Source: a virus | Strand: one strand, 5' to 3' | Virus record (IMG/VR): IMGVR_UViG_3300033146_005439 | Span: 47,383-111,382 of that record | Length of the DNA: 64,000 nt | Part shown: positions 45,201-48,879 of the stretch, piece after piece | How the letters are laid out: every line of letters begins with the position of its first letter | Numbering within the stretch: the first letter of the stretch is position 1 | Notes under the pieces: generated by a model | Database searches by the model: none | The model's input: only the letters and a program-made list of their open reading frames with translations | Told to the model about the DNA's origin: nothing | Program-made: the position numbers and the translations under genes

Positions 45201-46640
45201 AGTAGTTAAGTCTATATTGCTTAATTGTTTTTCAAAAATAGAAATACTATTTAAAATGTCTTTTCTTAATCTATTAGCTTTACCTACACCAGCACCTCCT
45301 GGAGTAGCTTCAGGTAAAGGTTTCTGTAAAGTACTTTTTACAACACCTAATGGAGCAGAAACTTTTTTATTAGCTACAATATGATTAACACGCTGTGGCT
45401 GAGTTGTATTCTTAAAAGAAAAAGCCTGAGTCTTGTCTTGTAACTTTTGTAAACTCTTATAAGCTTGCTCTAACTCAGAAACTAAACCTTCACCTATACC
45501 TTTTGCAGATTTAAACTTAACTATCGTAGCTTTTAAAGCATCCAACTTATCAATAATATATTTTAACTGATCTACAGCTACAGCTAAAGATCTGGGATCA
45601 CCTATGACTGATGAAATAGTAGTGTCACCTTTAATTTTAAGTTTATGCTCTTCAGATAAAACTTTCTGAACTACTTCTAACTGCTGCAATAAATCTATTA
45701 AATCATTCTTTTTAACGTCTACTTTTAAAGATGCTTTTTTCTCACCTTCAATAGCTTCTATTTGATCAGTAATCTTACCTAATTTTTGAGTAGCTTCTTG
45801 GTCATCAACTTTAACTTTAACTTTAACTATTTTATCTGCTACATTTTTAAAAGTAGATACTACTGTATTTAAACTACTAACTATCTTTCTTAAATTATTT
45901 AAAGAATCTTTAGATACCTCTATTTCTGGTATATTAGCTACTTTTAATACTATATCAGAAAGAACTTTCTTTAGCCCCGAAGCATCAGCTCCTGTAGTGG
46001 AATCTAATTTTTTAATTAAAGTTGTAATTAATTTTATAAATTGTGAAAAGTCGCCTTTAAAATCTTTAAAAGGATTTTCTAACTTATAATTAGAACCTTG
46101 CTTATTATATCTGGCTAATTCTTTGGCTAAAGCTTTAGCAATAGCTTTTGCTAAAGCATTATTATCAATATTCAAATCTGTGCGTTTAGACACAGTAGTA
46201 CTAATTGATTTTGTTAAAGAAGTAATTAAACTAGCAAGTTCTTTTTGATCTTGAGATGTACCTAAAGAAGAAACAGATCGAGTTAAAGTACCTTTTAAAC
46301 CTTTTAATTCTGATAATTCTTTAGCTAATACTTTAATTACTTTTACAAGATCTTGTATTTCTTTTACATTTTGGGGTTTTTGGGTAGTTTGTAGTTTACT
46401 TAAAAGTTTAGTAATTTCTGAAATTTTATTATTATACTCTTTTAATACTGCAGCCACTTCTGAAGAAGCACTACCCTTACCTTTATCACCGGCTTTTGCC
46501 GCTTTTTCTAATATAGCTATTAATTTTTTATTAAGACGTTCTAAAGTCTGTGCAGACTTTTGTGTAGGAGCCTGAGTTTTTGTATTAGATGTAGAATCAG
46601 TATTCTTAATATTTACAGTATAAGTAGTATTATTAGCCAA
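24228..46640 (-). CDS. Giant tape measure polyprotein fused to a two-barrel (beta+beta') RNA polymerase, a PD-(D/E)xK nuclease and a zincin peptidase
   Basis: 7470 aa; TTG start with GGGAGA RBS about 9 nt upstream; canonical TMP position between chaperone-like and hub-like genes; K/A-rich helical composition; domain motifs listed in the sub-features. Confidence 0.9.
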   Translation of the reverse strand: MANNTTYTVNIKNTDSTSNTKTQAPTQKSAQTLERLNKKLIAILEKAAKAGDKGKGSASSEVAAVLKEYNNKISEITKLLSKLQTTQKPQNVKEIQDLVKVIKVLAKELSELKGLKGTLTRSVSSLGTSQDQKELASLITSLTKSISTTVSKRTDLNIDNNALAKAIAKALAKELARYNKQGSNYKLENPFKDFKGDFSQFIKLITTLIKKLDSTTGADASGLKKVLSDIVLKVANIPEIEVSKDSLNNLRKIVSSLNTVVSTFKNVADKIVKVKVKVDDQEATQKLGKITDQIEAIEGEKKASLKVDVKKNDLIDLLQQLEVVQKVLSEEHKLKIKGDTTISSVIGDPRSLAVAVDQLKYIIDKLDALKATIVKFKSAKGIGEGLVSELEQAYKSLQKLQDKTQAFSFKNTTQPQRVNHIVANKKVSAPLGVVKSTLQKPLPEATPGGAGVGKANRLRKDILNSISIFEKQLSNIDLTTLNKTLEQLSTKQGALLSKAIDDVDQSYKDITTINKEVVKVRKEEVKTTSQLNKARELEARTIQSNIRKQASTSTAGLRSFRRTVPTKAFKEMPIYPGESFIQSTSKAASSIKNPYEKEVYANAKNLAKSLQVLQKRIFDELNKGLKQSSDNSGRWNVVGKTPGQAFKLRGRQWNVDIASSKALESYTGKKGPIDKLLNDYKRKLSKQLFGEGGQKDVVSKEVEKHFDNVAEWLKNNLNTRTYDGKLKEIVNKISKDPAASTKNISDLLQKNFKDHLDELYGATLGEGEIRQLLSKQGVLKTVSLPSAKITSKGTPIVETPSGRQRALSSYSTYKSGFEKAFDTYVSELKSRGSLNSNKAMELAKGTRALDSGKVPANMDAITKALVKALALPGNTRARNLQDIGLEDVKKIYKQATIPMAIEKQRITSGTVAPVKAKTAQKEFEALINRTAASAKSVDAFIDAMDTAGMSAYKVVKSLDEISFSNFYDILNKTLPQKIEAITKHADTSERGFRKFEKAISQMEGLLPIVEYDKPRRGMHQSNIVKSMYQTSSAYQKQFKDDTEFEPMFGPEQQKEFIRNVNKRNRELLYEYQNLDKLDVPEVKTRKKQINLGNARALSSLGLPESTAGAIVDFSKNNTYNFTDEVDFKGINELNTLHGKMISLYKDDLKAMAPFGQQFQQLGRNISNVSSAKIFDPTAYAKASGIKSQFPTLRSNRENEAIMSGRMGTQGYGFNVLAELSHTASTFEDQIVVAGDLAKAVTTVTKKLVRPTSAGGKATAIQEGDISKAGSEIMSIMGVPEKYKGRADVALIKEVKKELSTVRGESTEVQTAKLAEVFMNHFGRKFTTRYGSKGVSITPTKSGSMAEILKKYKEPSIKVMTAAEQKKAGLGVAMLPKSMGELASEIIKQNASQLKGTASIPVEDLVKALKTSGNKFMLELFKNPEKGLVVGGEANVNKKVFEQTQQVFKQLGIELKDGIEGIQQLKTQYSKIFPSKSLVKAKPIDIRISSFGAAKRGLQTEALEMITGNLASTSKTGTTVIKDKIDYKKLLGPTSKKGTLSSYAATLGYAGTGKSEAAIRKAIEKMYGDKAAENKEFIDALVKLESDSSFYVDVIDELGNKHKSLVGPKFVQIIEDAKQFQEWSKGDIASGAKGLKLNLPAYAAYQSIFGPDSNMLKQINAAYDAKQAEAYENILTYLISSNKDYGEQFLKELNTVSLKDIKPFEGSFGTFEKGAANSMLGSVFDTDKFPTAFKTKLPTANRNVKEDFYVPSSIARQPFADPNVAGGYGITGTGRALQNVLTSARSLSAYQNKDLSLLNENDKKTILKYFGGNLQSKLKNTDESSKKTYIEQLFKVAEQNASSEKGLLPESIKKYNAAGLQGVGTASQKEYVAALKEAFVNNKISAKNKLGPLDRTAAELKTLLLGDYQPGKGSSGPSIVSSKKGTNAQFKVLEDIKASMGMDFNEVALFKKDENQILTKKLAQLEKAKQEYFKSLEQELVGKSGAVAQTFFTKKIPAVLAKATNAMVDKTADMKKFGSMLDNINKQYAGVIKDLGQADFTKDVSLVKSLGAEHAKKVASYKKIGLPVLKQNELGIPKKLADKLSVSYTKKFDTKGQVTKSSDVKSTLTSLLTYVEKLEKSLAEGSAQPEVRDYIDKELAPYIESVRFPFTGTSSVQPYKAKLLKTTKGLNEDSLLVPGVPEMDVNKFDALFKSIKARMEQASTKREELRTIGTPETNQKADELTKYIDALSKALSDALPKYIAQAQKLDYDGDQIEIHTATIKEARQEIKRHFDLLTKEVDSTAARFRDVFTYDAMQPTQGAAPLAFMAKAYTKKFPKEHGFDYLQKPFYTENLSYLSNKEKINILASKKVDTDNLTGPDAVNTLMTEMFTKAGASFKSIEGVETLDEAAQKAAEALDKLTEQDKPMAGLVEGYLKESLSNLKFDNAVNAQLFKLHTGTDVESLTKLMRSYEAQIGFGSGEINNARSGNKLDRTNLLRERQTQLNELYRFAVQKGMDVKHAGETPVAGELSSLLTKGPKALEVLIGKIKAGGNYGGLKDFMEENDKALKLNLGRYKTEDLRKAAQEPYMNIQNAEQLNRPELVNAMVKAMGFEGFLRSLQKSIEKQAIAYLSQTKDEKTGEPLGEAGAKKYLTSLYEKGKGINMSKMVTEPFDPLYKYRTGAASGRLKSGLMETFASDIKHPTKDTRGGAYSLMTGSFSKDLQRVNSSIDSKKLEAMGLAIENITFDSAKSVQSLRAFIDELDSLETALRIAPISVNKRTQILQSKSVIGKLTNKPAPPKSGMSEEELISFYKAYDSFIETKALLTERIKRLNTALSVQAKDITSTSTTELPRRNQIQETRAKLAEAKYNRAKGLSGAQSKSGGVLPPTPTEPSVGKYSMGSGIVPVHLVSVNSDVFTKFANTFSMVKAAANTVSAGSDQTTYINKLKDIAARASGGANELKDASFETMYRASAFHGGGKFSFKENYKGPDFEKQVASIKETMLGTAMKDVDKDLLDSTSLIGTALHEMIEDRMVEASNKIKGQGTPIIEKFVSYADDAVGAITGHVDAILTNAEGKMTTAVDIKTVSGKLKDTLGKAVEGAGSADVGAVLGKLGNKKSSSYARYKIEEVRSQLNFYMKALQEAGDDVQQAEVHFYDRMGDPKNEKPVVVRFKFDENLFKKDMKAIKVAREAIQKEIASGKPISFAKTGSLETLSKIAKEESLYKAKGAQVPGRPSKSEIQELLKGGRSYYEAYRNKGAFYKSKGTGSAGISQDQINKFTKPEYQKPQTLNLTPYSGSGPVAELKNIKLLRAAAKTMQASHGVDLEKAAKELPRQAQDMIEGAKTGNVKASDFFKYIKDVQILDKSRENPELDGAKLANAWKLFKDAQLEYLIKKAEQAKQYLENVKKTEDSRQISLAYTDFTKAVGDVQAHVKKGVGKRSDIYTRNKVWSQPDIAKAAGVYMSPSEIESKAAVDIEGDSDLYETYKKIVGDLSGDKRDAMASPMEKARFAIKSLTSMDDELIKLMEDGKLLERLGPEIAEAWDFKGGAQKITRLRDALELFKQYNVSDSPLSVERKNLEQTIKMLKDAENKLTYMDLGRQTTKKGPGAWGETGVVSVPKWLDPKTQEALNKRNIAKIRDYMKTPAAKGGAKVGETYIYKAKVFDQAGNAVKNVQTAFTKYKEVVDATGNTIGKFTTKQIDMNESLAGSHRGIQGAIKRAVMWGAASTIVYGGFNKLKESVGVLADIEVQMASLRMVMNPLTSDFDNLQKSAINMAKQYGVAVTDVLQGMKVFAQQGLPEPQILERTQTATLAANVTTLNAKDATEALTAAMKVFNKEGKTSMHFLDAWSEVESKHAITAGDMADAIKKAASAAKNAGFTFDQLNGIVAAIGSTTRQSGKEVGTSMRFIMRRLTSEKGPKELGKLGISTITGSGELKGGFNILDELAGKWKDLTQAQKMNIAQAIGGTRQYNALLVLMDNWGQALEAIRHSVDSKGSAERKNQELMKTYAKQLEQTKAAMVELQTSVGKVAFPVFKFGLKAVKTIAETLAGIPDSIKAAGAAMLGFLVFLSKGDKIISSIADTLSTGTPVAGGLFGSIKDELKTAAFEILGAGAGTTSVRGLKTVTPGVVSGVAGGKQLSDFNSALGKSTYLIANLGKKFNSYVAATAKGTASATGFVGKTLKKIGNFLSFTSTALSGASSAGVKDKGEDTTWKDIGLRAAGTYGSAKGVKELFKKYGFKSLGKLAGATTAVAGEFVGLGASAAGMFVDAFSKKLGAGGDLFKEWAGKNSGLVESIAPLGLTIMTLLPAFKSLSKEFIASMQSAEAFEKSMYGLKRSQEDQLKTLRNVAHGYSTFKKGYQDIIKSMSPAAQKESKRLGTYRSPLLEMVDKQQEATKMANDLAKVNNSLVAGYDELGNAVLKASGDFENLFSVLEKSKLREMAKTDVSIASKYIKDMTATGGSEKWKYELKALAKEVPAIGGLLSKGINVTPAKALKEAVKELNYMMSQKNKYSLSDIYDKDISKLQEKVTKLSDKLKGSYEGFRKTLSSMSLKGLPTDEISRILSSPELQKGYEMALKIEPKFQVGAMKGKASWQDVLGQEVMKRVYPTKSGLLDVTKELTTANVESAGIAKRQGKVLSGDIVTFMDDAAKKFNMAGRQAIVEYKKTIDGTYDWVATYFNTKTLKVETHKFDSNMQAIVDSVLPVRQIEKDLSDRIGALNEFMAGAGAGLRGISPKDFKRNFNLGERFFSEISTSTILQGAKGYNPLEKSFGKSPFQKGWAADFKKYYAKPMEEYRFLLERLQKMKLDGIDAKSIKMTTGLYDQIVQLQNVLKNNQIIMQYRAAFVDLTKAMEANSRATAENVAVTESRLKLTRETAGLMSGKSKELANLDLGIQDKTKLTAQQRLLIKNPKFEAMAKQLKVLEAKREGTANNIYAIDKTKVALDSIRKVSKGFGTAVKPEDFQKYLTEVAGPGNELKELKVDTTKTAENTANTVDRLDKLIERFDKQGEVRNLSTLLDDLMLTPNDIVSALLPGFVTESGKIVSALDRVAKIRDTAAKTGDSEMLIKSNRALDLLTKRLISREGLAGAAKMIDNKSVGGPGSYSSKEMYSRAFAGMNANTLLGELRNKMPDERKWFGLRSKGGTPEFDKQVATLEALQKENKTKVAESSLLNSKNMAGLAAGTAVFATYKRNYTSKKIEAIDQELKKLSERALKAGEVVSSTITPEGKKYKLSGEYGKRQEELLAQKAQEYKKARFYGSLQGMSAGTGAATLFARKMGLSDKWSMRSGAVGGAIGTYAAAKMQTGLTGEELPESFKKYGQALKDFAKTVSESEGIFGKVKEFFAFRGLKKASSTFMKDFAEESLGIKEVAGATKPKSVREDYIKPGMEKASDKMNEAADKMKEAVDKMATKKDNKAFGGYVQSFAQGGVVKGPGTGTSDSILLQDVPEGSFVIPSKYANKAKALIAKSSYATNNTGSSGKTATIRVSNGELIIPPTMAKAIGRDKLLKLQKGQLDTLAHGGIIGSFAAGGEVKGPTVSVDPIDYNKVAQIATAATASTLARYVAEKDTQKVRAADLKQGADVEAAKLRAIISENSVAAQQVYDELHKQTVNSTKVGGNQSTVKESTILDSEEAYKKAVKDTEKLKKNLETTFDDTTEDVKKLKAELTKLELAEKFKIQLETIERDIKNTNFAKDIQDSLKIGKGIYAGMSVPSTNISLGETSMRGLDKFQLMQLLEGRKEPKTLVEKTSSFFKSPTDTTKALTAYKSLDRLIIDAQSRINAMVSNRSQAVNSGEQKKWDTLIKKESDKLAKLVKSQLAHGGALLKASLLAEQALNRFSSATDMTAELMSQRLDDLNSLQNQGFNGNLRGTPSGLQLIPNNINDLNVEQFMGLAGGAKAKNLMRSYKDRQFLYEAKLAERSSIAKQLALKTQEYNALPSNKGWFSTSESVVQKQVRLELELLSKSAKETDNVLNKLKKELVSISLTLNGFKSLSAAMLQLEQGISQATDSLSGLKYGSFEAKRSLESMYGGSSSFAPQFIDPYAQYKASKAGVQLTLGASNQFDIKRANLMEQLRTSKGTQRSDILTQLNLIPSEKAAYKKSEKLQQISDITRTNFAPIKEFADKLSSFANNPNYNFNEEQRGYFGQQASKLYDMIKQAGENTRNNAVAQKPDMTILEDIKTGLINKAFGGDETKYADYFKNANTPVVNALDSQTLILAKILEVMSGGKEQAKDTLSTLGIDSTKFFPEDELKSFGDKLKTLFQHVLPGSIPFSSKTMPFSPARYFKKLTSEEKALGGTIGTTIKGPGTGTSDSISMRVPEGSFIIQSKYANKAKTSLNNFAKGGVPVNVSNGELLLTPDEVKAIGGVTAARKLNQGKGYASGGGVFNWLSTQAGKGIQSLEDYRLKGTHNILGQAGAATLELGARVGKTLALDPLKTIENISTYQAQKGMKTTLAKGVSMAKGVGSFVSNLNIEQLKEIGASVKTSFMGDIKKGGLGVTSGILSALAGTALSGGVASRLKGFNPLSNEIGAIGTNVKSGGSSIASLMARASGLPADVLPGYTKTVSSVMSKYKDILGDVDLDVSALSAINKKKGNLGRAYKDLRTGRSKVDIAAGNIYNPNVKVLSGHMRSIAQDQDKLLRATMVHEIGHVASRKFLEDAPDLHKYWRNLALKDKYATEYAKESLKNYRSMGADELKLSDEPLAELFRLHDLAGIKEPMYSAQTPNEIKKMFVKILTNKNVQKEFKINRQVPKGVPYVGDATKDFYKFALGGSIKNKKHVYTNLFGPGIQKLNSKGAWEEMVLPELQTISEYFKSQGIDANKIDNYYRNKKKYRGEDVTRATNRTMFAPAPSFMDLNSQRKRITKAGFKTISDATLLKMVGNTGLRGGVKVNNASPMIKDNYLGYYTNSYDMHVANRANVFDQQKKEMKARRILRSRQLSAARPDYEALRKDDLNKYKMSGGIDIFGKASADVEAMPSRAKNTKYDVTTKSGKLFKDIDSLLRFGGDEAKLTKFIEANKGNMNIAVFGDTDVANIKNWADVKNPKTKALMMKSLVEGTKTLQGMMSQYKNTSDVVEKSNLFANMRYLFEDKLAGTVFKNVAEKRDTFDLSGGRNRRYFPVSVSYLKHIGIDSAGINQRIKDGSIYKDTKTGKLYVDRKEFSSFIGSSYFKTPGISSKSSVIKAGTEENAFMNIITKDYSPEAFLKKHLLGGFVKGHKHTGGMINSTGNYFLEKGELVVSKNFKNGGLALSDELDSKSLNIPTTSITIDNIGELNKAIEELKSVEFKVDVSDTKVPVDVSDATVKVDVGDAKVPVDVNDAKVSVDVGEAKIGVDVTGVKVPVDLPEATIKVDTSSFEAAVNKLTSLNLEGVGAAVGAEKNDQLATVLDNLSNQITDLKVRHTEDITMLNTKIEDTSSIAVLSDIQEKHTLDTAYLEKQINDLISDLNVLRSDKSGLSQEMNTRFMEQEAKLNRILTHVYSVSALGGLYNG
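24645..24839 (-). repeat. Seven tandem 9-aa (27-nt) repeats, VDVxDAKVx
   Basis: VDVSDTKVP/VDVSDATVK/VDVGDAKVP/VDVNDAKVS/VDVGEAKIG/VDVTGVKVP/VDLPEATIK/VD. Confidence 0.85.
26560..26960 (-). other. Zincin-like metallopeptidase domain within the giant protein
   Basis: TMVHEIGHV (HExxH, nt 26748-26762, H6627) followed by YATEYA...DEPLAELF (candidate third ligand). Confidence 0.65.
27560..30450 (-). repeat. Two dispersed copies of a ~80-aa GPGTGTSDSI module (~30190-30450 and ~27560-27815)
   Basis: KGPGTGTSDSI..VPEGSF.I.SKYANKAK...VSNGEL...KAIG occurs twice. Confidence 0.85.
34490..35580 (-). other. TP901-family tape-measure core domain
   Basis: MASLRMVM...FDNLQKSAINMAKQYG...FAQQG...ATEALTAAMKVF...LDAWSEV...MADAIKKAASAAKNAGFTFDQLNGIVAAIGSTTRQSGKEVGTSMRFIMRRL...LAGKWKDLT...IAQAIGGTRQYN; flanked by hydrophobic segments. 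Confidence 0.85.
37140..37800 (-). other. Cas4/RecB-like PD-(D/E)xK nuclease domain within the giant protein
   Basis: IGTALHEMIE (H3007), IIEKFV, ITGHVDAI (D3048), AVDIKT (D3063/K3065), SQLNFY (Q3113/Y3117); no Fe-S cysteines. Confidence 0.8.
38800..44310 (-). other. Two-barrel (DPBB) RNA polymerase region, beta-like then beta'-like, within the giant protein (~aa 780-2610)
   Basis: Colinear motifs: ITSKGTPIV..GRQR (~793), RGMHQS (~1019), AMAPF..R (~1153), GFNVLAE..TFEDQIVV (E1227-D1228), KFTTRYGSKG (1324-1333), PIDIRISSFGAAKR (1482), YVPSSIAR (~1750), LVGKSG (1979), ELGIPKKLA (2072), VRFP (R2146), LDYDGDQIEIH (D2249-D2253; nt 39882-39896), QKGMDVKHAG (Q2493/M2496/H2500). Boundaries approximate. 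Confidence 0.88.
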
Positions 46641-46661
46641 TTTTATTTTCTCCCAAAATAA

Positions 46662-47684
46662 TTATCTTCTTTTTGATACAGTGCGTTTTTTTATATCAGC
46701 ACGATCTTTAATTACTTGTGCCTCACGAGGTTTATCATATTCTATATCTTGATATAATTCATTAGACTGTGTAATAATAACCTCTTCTGCATCAAAAGCT
46801 GATAAAGGTCCCTTACCTTTAGCTTTATTACTACGTGCTATAGAAGCTTCATTACTTAATTCTTTATAATATTCCTCCATAAATTTATCTAATAATTCAT
46901 CATCTTCTATCACATCATCTGAAGGCCTTTGATCAGGCATCATATTATAAACATTGTCATAAAAATTAGACCAATAAACTAAATTTAATTGATCTGTAGT
47001 ATATTCAGAAGTTGCTCTATTAAACAAACATTCTGATGTTTTCATACTAGTTGTATATCTTATTCTCCATAAGGTGCTACGCGCTAAAAAACGTATTATA
47101 CTAGTATCTAAACCATTTAATAAAGTTATAAAAGTTGATAATGCTGTATTTTTTAATGTGGAAGGAGATGCCTGCATATAAGCAGTGTAAGTTGGCCATA
47201 ATAAATTACCAGTCATATCAAATAAACTAGCCCAACACATAAATTGGTTCTTTATCTCTTCAGCTTTAGATTCCGCCGACATCATTAATTTAGAATGTTT
47301 TTTATAAATAATAGCATCTATCTCTGATTGTAAATTAGCTATTACTATTTTTATTCTTTCTTGATTAGCCCGCACCTTTAAAGTTTTAGATAATAATACT
47401 TGTTGAGCTTCTAATTTACCACGTAGTTTATTTAAAGCATCTGTGTCTTCTTCAGTAAAAACACCTCTTTCCTCTAACAACTTTTCAAATTCTTGCAAAG
47501 GTAATAAACCTTCTTTTAATGCTTCTTGATAAGCATTATCATAAATTAAATTTGCTTGTTGTTTTACCTCTAATCTAGGGTAAGTTACTACTATAAAATC
47601 TTGCCTATCTTCTACAAATAAATATTCTTTCCCAGAAGAAATTCTACTAAGATAATTATCTATCTCTTCATGACTTAAAATCAT
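46662..47684 (-). CDS. Tail assembly chaperone-like protein, long paralog
   Basis: 340 aa, directly upstream of the TMP; N-terminal ~195 aa align by eye with the 246-aa neighbour. Confidence 0.6.
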   Translation of the reverse strand: MILSHEEIDNYLSRISSGKEYLFVEDRQDFIVVTYPRLEVKQQANLIYDNAYQEALKEGLLPLQEFEKLLEERGVFTEEDTDALNKLRGKLEAQQVLLSKTLKVRANQERIKIVIANLQSEIDAIIYKKHSKLMMSAESKAEEIKNQFMCWASLFDMTGNLLWPTYTAYMQASPSTLKNTALSTFITLLNGLDTSIIRFLARSTLWRIRYTTSMKTSECLFNRATSEYTTDQLNLVYWSNFYDNVYNMMPDQRPSDDVIEDDELLDKFMEEYYKELSNEASIARSNKAKGKGPLSAFDAEEVIITQSNELYQDIEYDKPREAQVIKDRADIKKRTVSKRR

Positions 47685-47715
47685 TACTAACCTCTAAAGG
47701 TGCCGTTCCTTATAA

Positions 47716-47749
47716 TAAAAGTGGTTAGTTAAATAACCAACCACTTTTA
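47716..47749 (-). terminator. Hairpin between the two chaperone-like genes (terminator/attenuator-like), overlapping the ATTTAACTAACC motif
   Basis: Minus strand TAAAAGTGGTTGGTT-ATTT-AACTAACCACTTTTA: 15-bp stem with one G-U pair. Confidence 0.6.
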
Positions 47750-47773
47750 CTATAATTTTTTATAATTTATATA

Positions 47774-48514
47774 TTATTTTTTAGTAGAACGTTTAGCTGT
47801 AGTTTTCCTTGTGGTTTTCTTACGTGTTCTTTTAACAGGTTTTTTCACTTCAGTTTTTTCTTCGGCGGCTTCTTCTGACATTTCTGCCATAACATTAGCC
47901 AAAGTCTCTTGTTCTATTTCACGCATAACTATAGCTTCAGGTGTTTGTTCCATAAAATCACTTTCTAAACCTTGTAAATAAAGCATTACTTCAAACCTAG
48001 CTTTTTGAGCTAAACCTTGTTCTTTTTCTACAAGATACTCATCAAAACTATTCCATACTCTATTACCATCAGCATCTACAACAATACAAGAAGTTAAAAA
48101 TTCTAACCTAGTATCATCTGCTATCTGCTCACAAGTATTTGCTAAGGGAGCCTGCAAACGTTGATTCCATTGAAATAATTCATCTCTAGCAGCAGCCACT
48201 TCTAAAGCCAAAGTCTGTTTTTCTTCAGTTGTTGATGCAGCAGCTAAAGCGTCTATTTTAACATTTAAAATTTCCGCTAATTCATTAGATCTCTGCTCAA
48301 ATTCTGGCCCAATGATACCACGACGCATTAAGATATCTGTCATTTCTGCTGTAGTAGTAATACCTTCTACTAAACTTTTAGTATAAGCTTTACTATACTC
48401 CCAATCAGCCCCTCTAATATCCTCAGCTGTAGGAGCTACTATATAGTAAGTAGCATCGCCATCTATACCTAAAAAAGACCTTAAACCTTCTGTATTAAAT
48501 TCTTGTTCACTCAT
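47774..48514 (-). CDS. Tail assembly chaperone-like protein, short paralog
   Basis: 246 aa; acidic helical protein with a basic KKPVKRTRKKTTRK tail; lies between tube and TMP. Confidence 0.6.
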   Translation of the reverse strand: MSEQEFNTEGLRSFLGIDGDATYYIVAPTAEDIRGADWEYSKAYTKSLVEGITTTAEMTDILMRRGIIGPEFEQRSNELAEILNVKIDALAAASTTEEKQTLALEVAAARDELFQWNQRLQAPLANTCEQIADDTRLEFLTSCIVVDADGNRVWNSFDEYLVEKEQGLAQKARFEVMLYLQGLESDFMEQTPEAIVMREIEQETLANVMAEMSEEAAEEKTEVKKPVKRTRKKTTRKTTAKRSTKK

Positions 48515-48529
48515 AATATCACCTTTTCC

Positions 48530-48775
48530 TTATTTTTTATGTTTAATCTCAATAATTTCCTCAGTTTTAGGCACATACTTAATATCATAATCTGATAAAT
48601 TAGCATTAATTGTACGAATACAATCATTACCTACACGTAAGATTTTACTACGTAAAGCTTTAAATGTCATGGGATCTGAGCATGCAATCTGAGTATAATC
48701 GAGAACCGATTCGAACATTTTGGTTACTTCTTTTTTAACCAAACCTTCTAATTTCTTCCTATGTTTATCAACCAT
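48530..48775 (-). CDS. Hypothetical protein
   Basis: Start re-called at ATG 48775 (MVDKHRKK), preceded by GGAGG; 81 aa. Confidence 0.6.
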   Translation of the reverse strand: MVDKHRKKLEGLVKKEVTKMFESVLDYTQIACSDPMTFKALRSKILRVGNDCIRTINANLSDYDIKYVPKTEEIIEIKHKK

Positions 48776-48852
48776 AAAAACCTCCATTGTTGATAATTTA
48801 CCTTTAAATCCTGATTTACCTTTAATCAAGAAACCTTAACCTTTACATCTTA

Positions 48853-48874
48853 CTTAATACAGGGTTAGTTAAAT
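48853..48874 (-). promoter_or_regulatory. Recurring motif ATTTAACTAACC..TATTAAG (candidate phage promoter)
   Basis: Minus strand ATTTAACTAACCCTGTATTAAG; near-identical copy at 52162-52182. Confidence 0.5.
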
Positions 48875-48879
48875 CTAAA

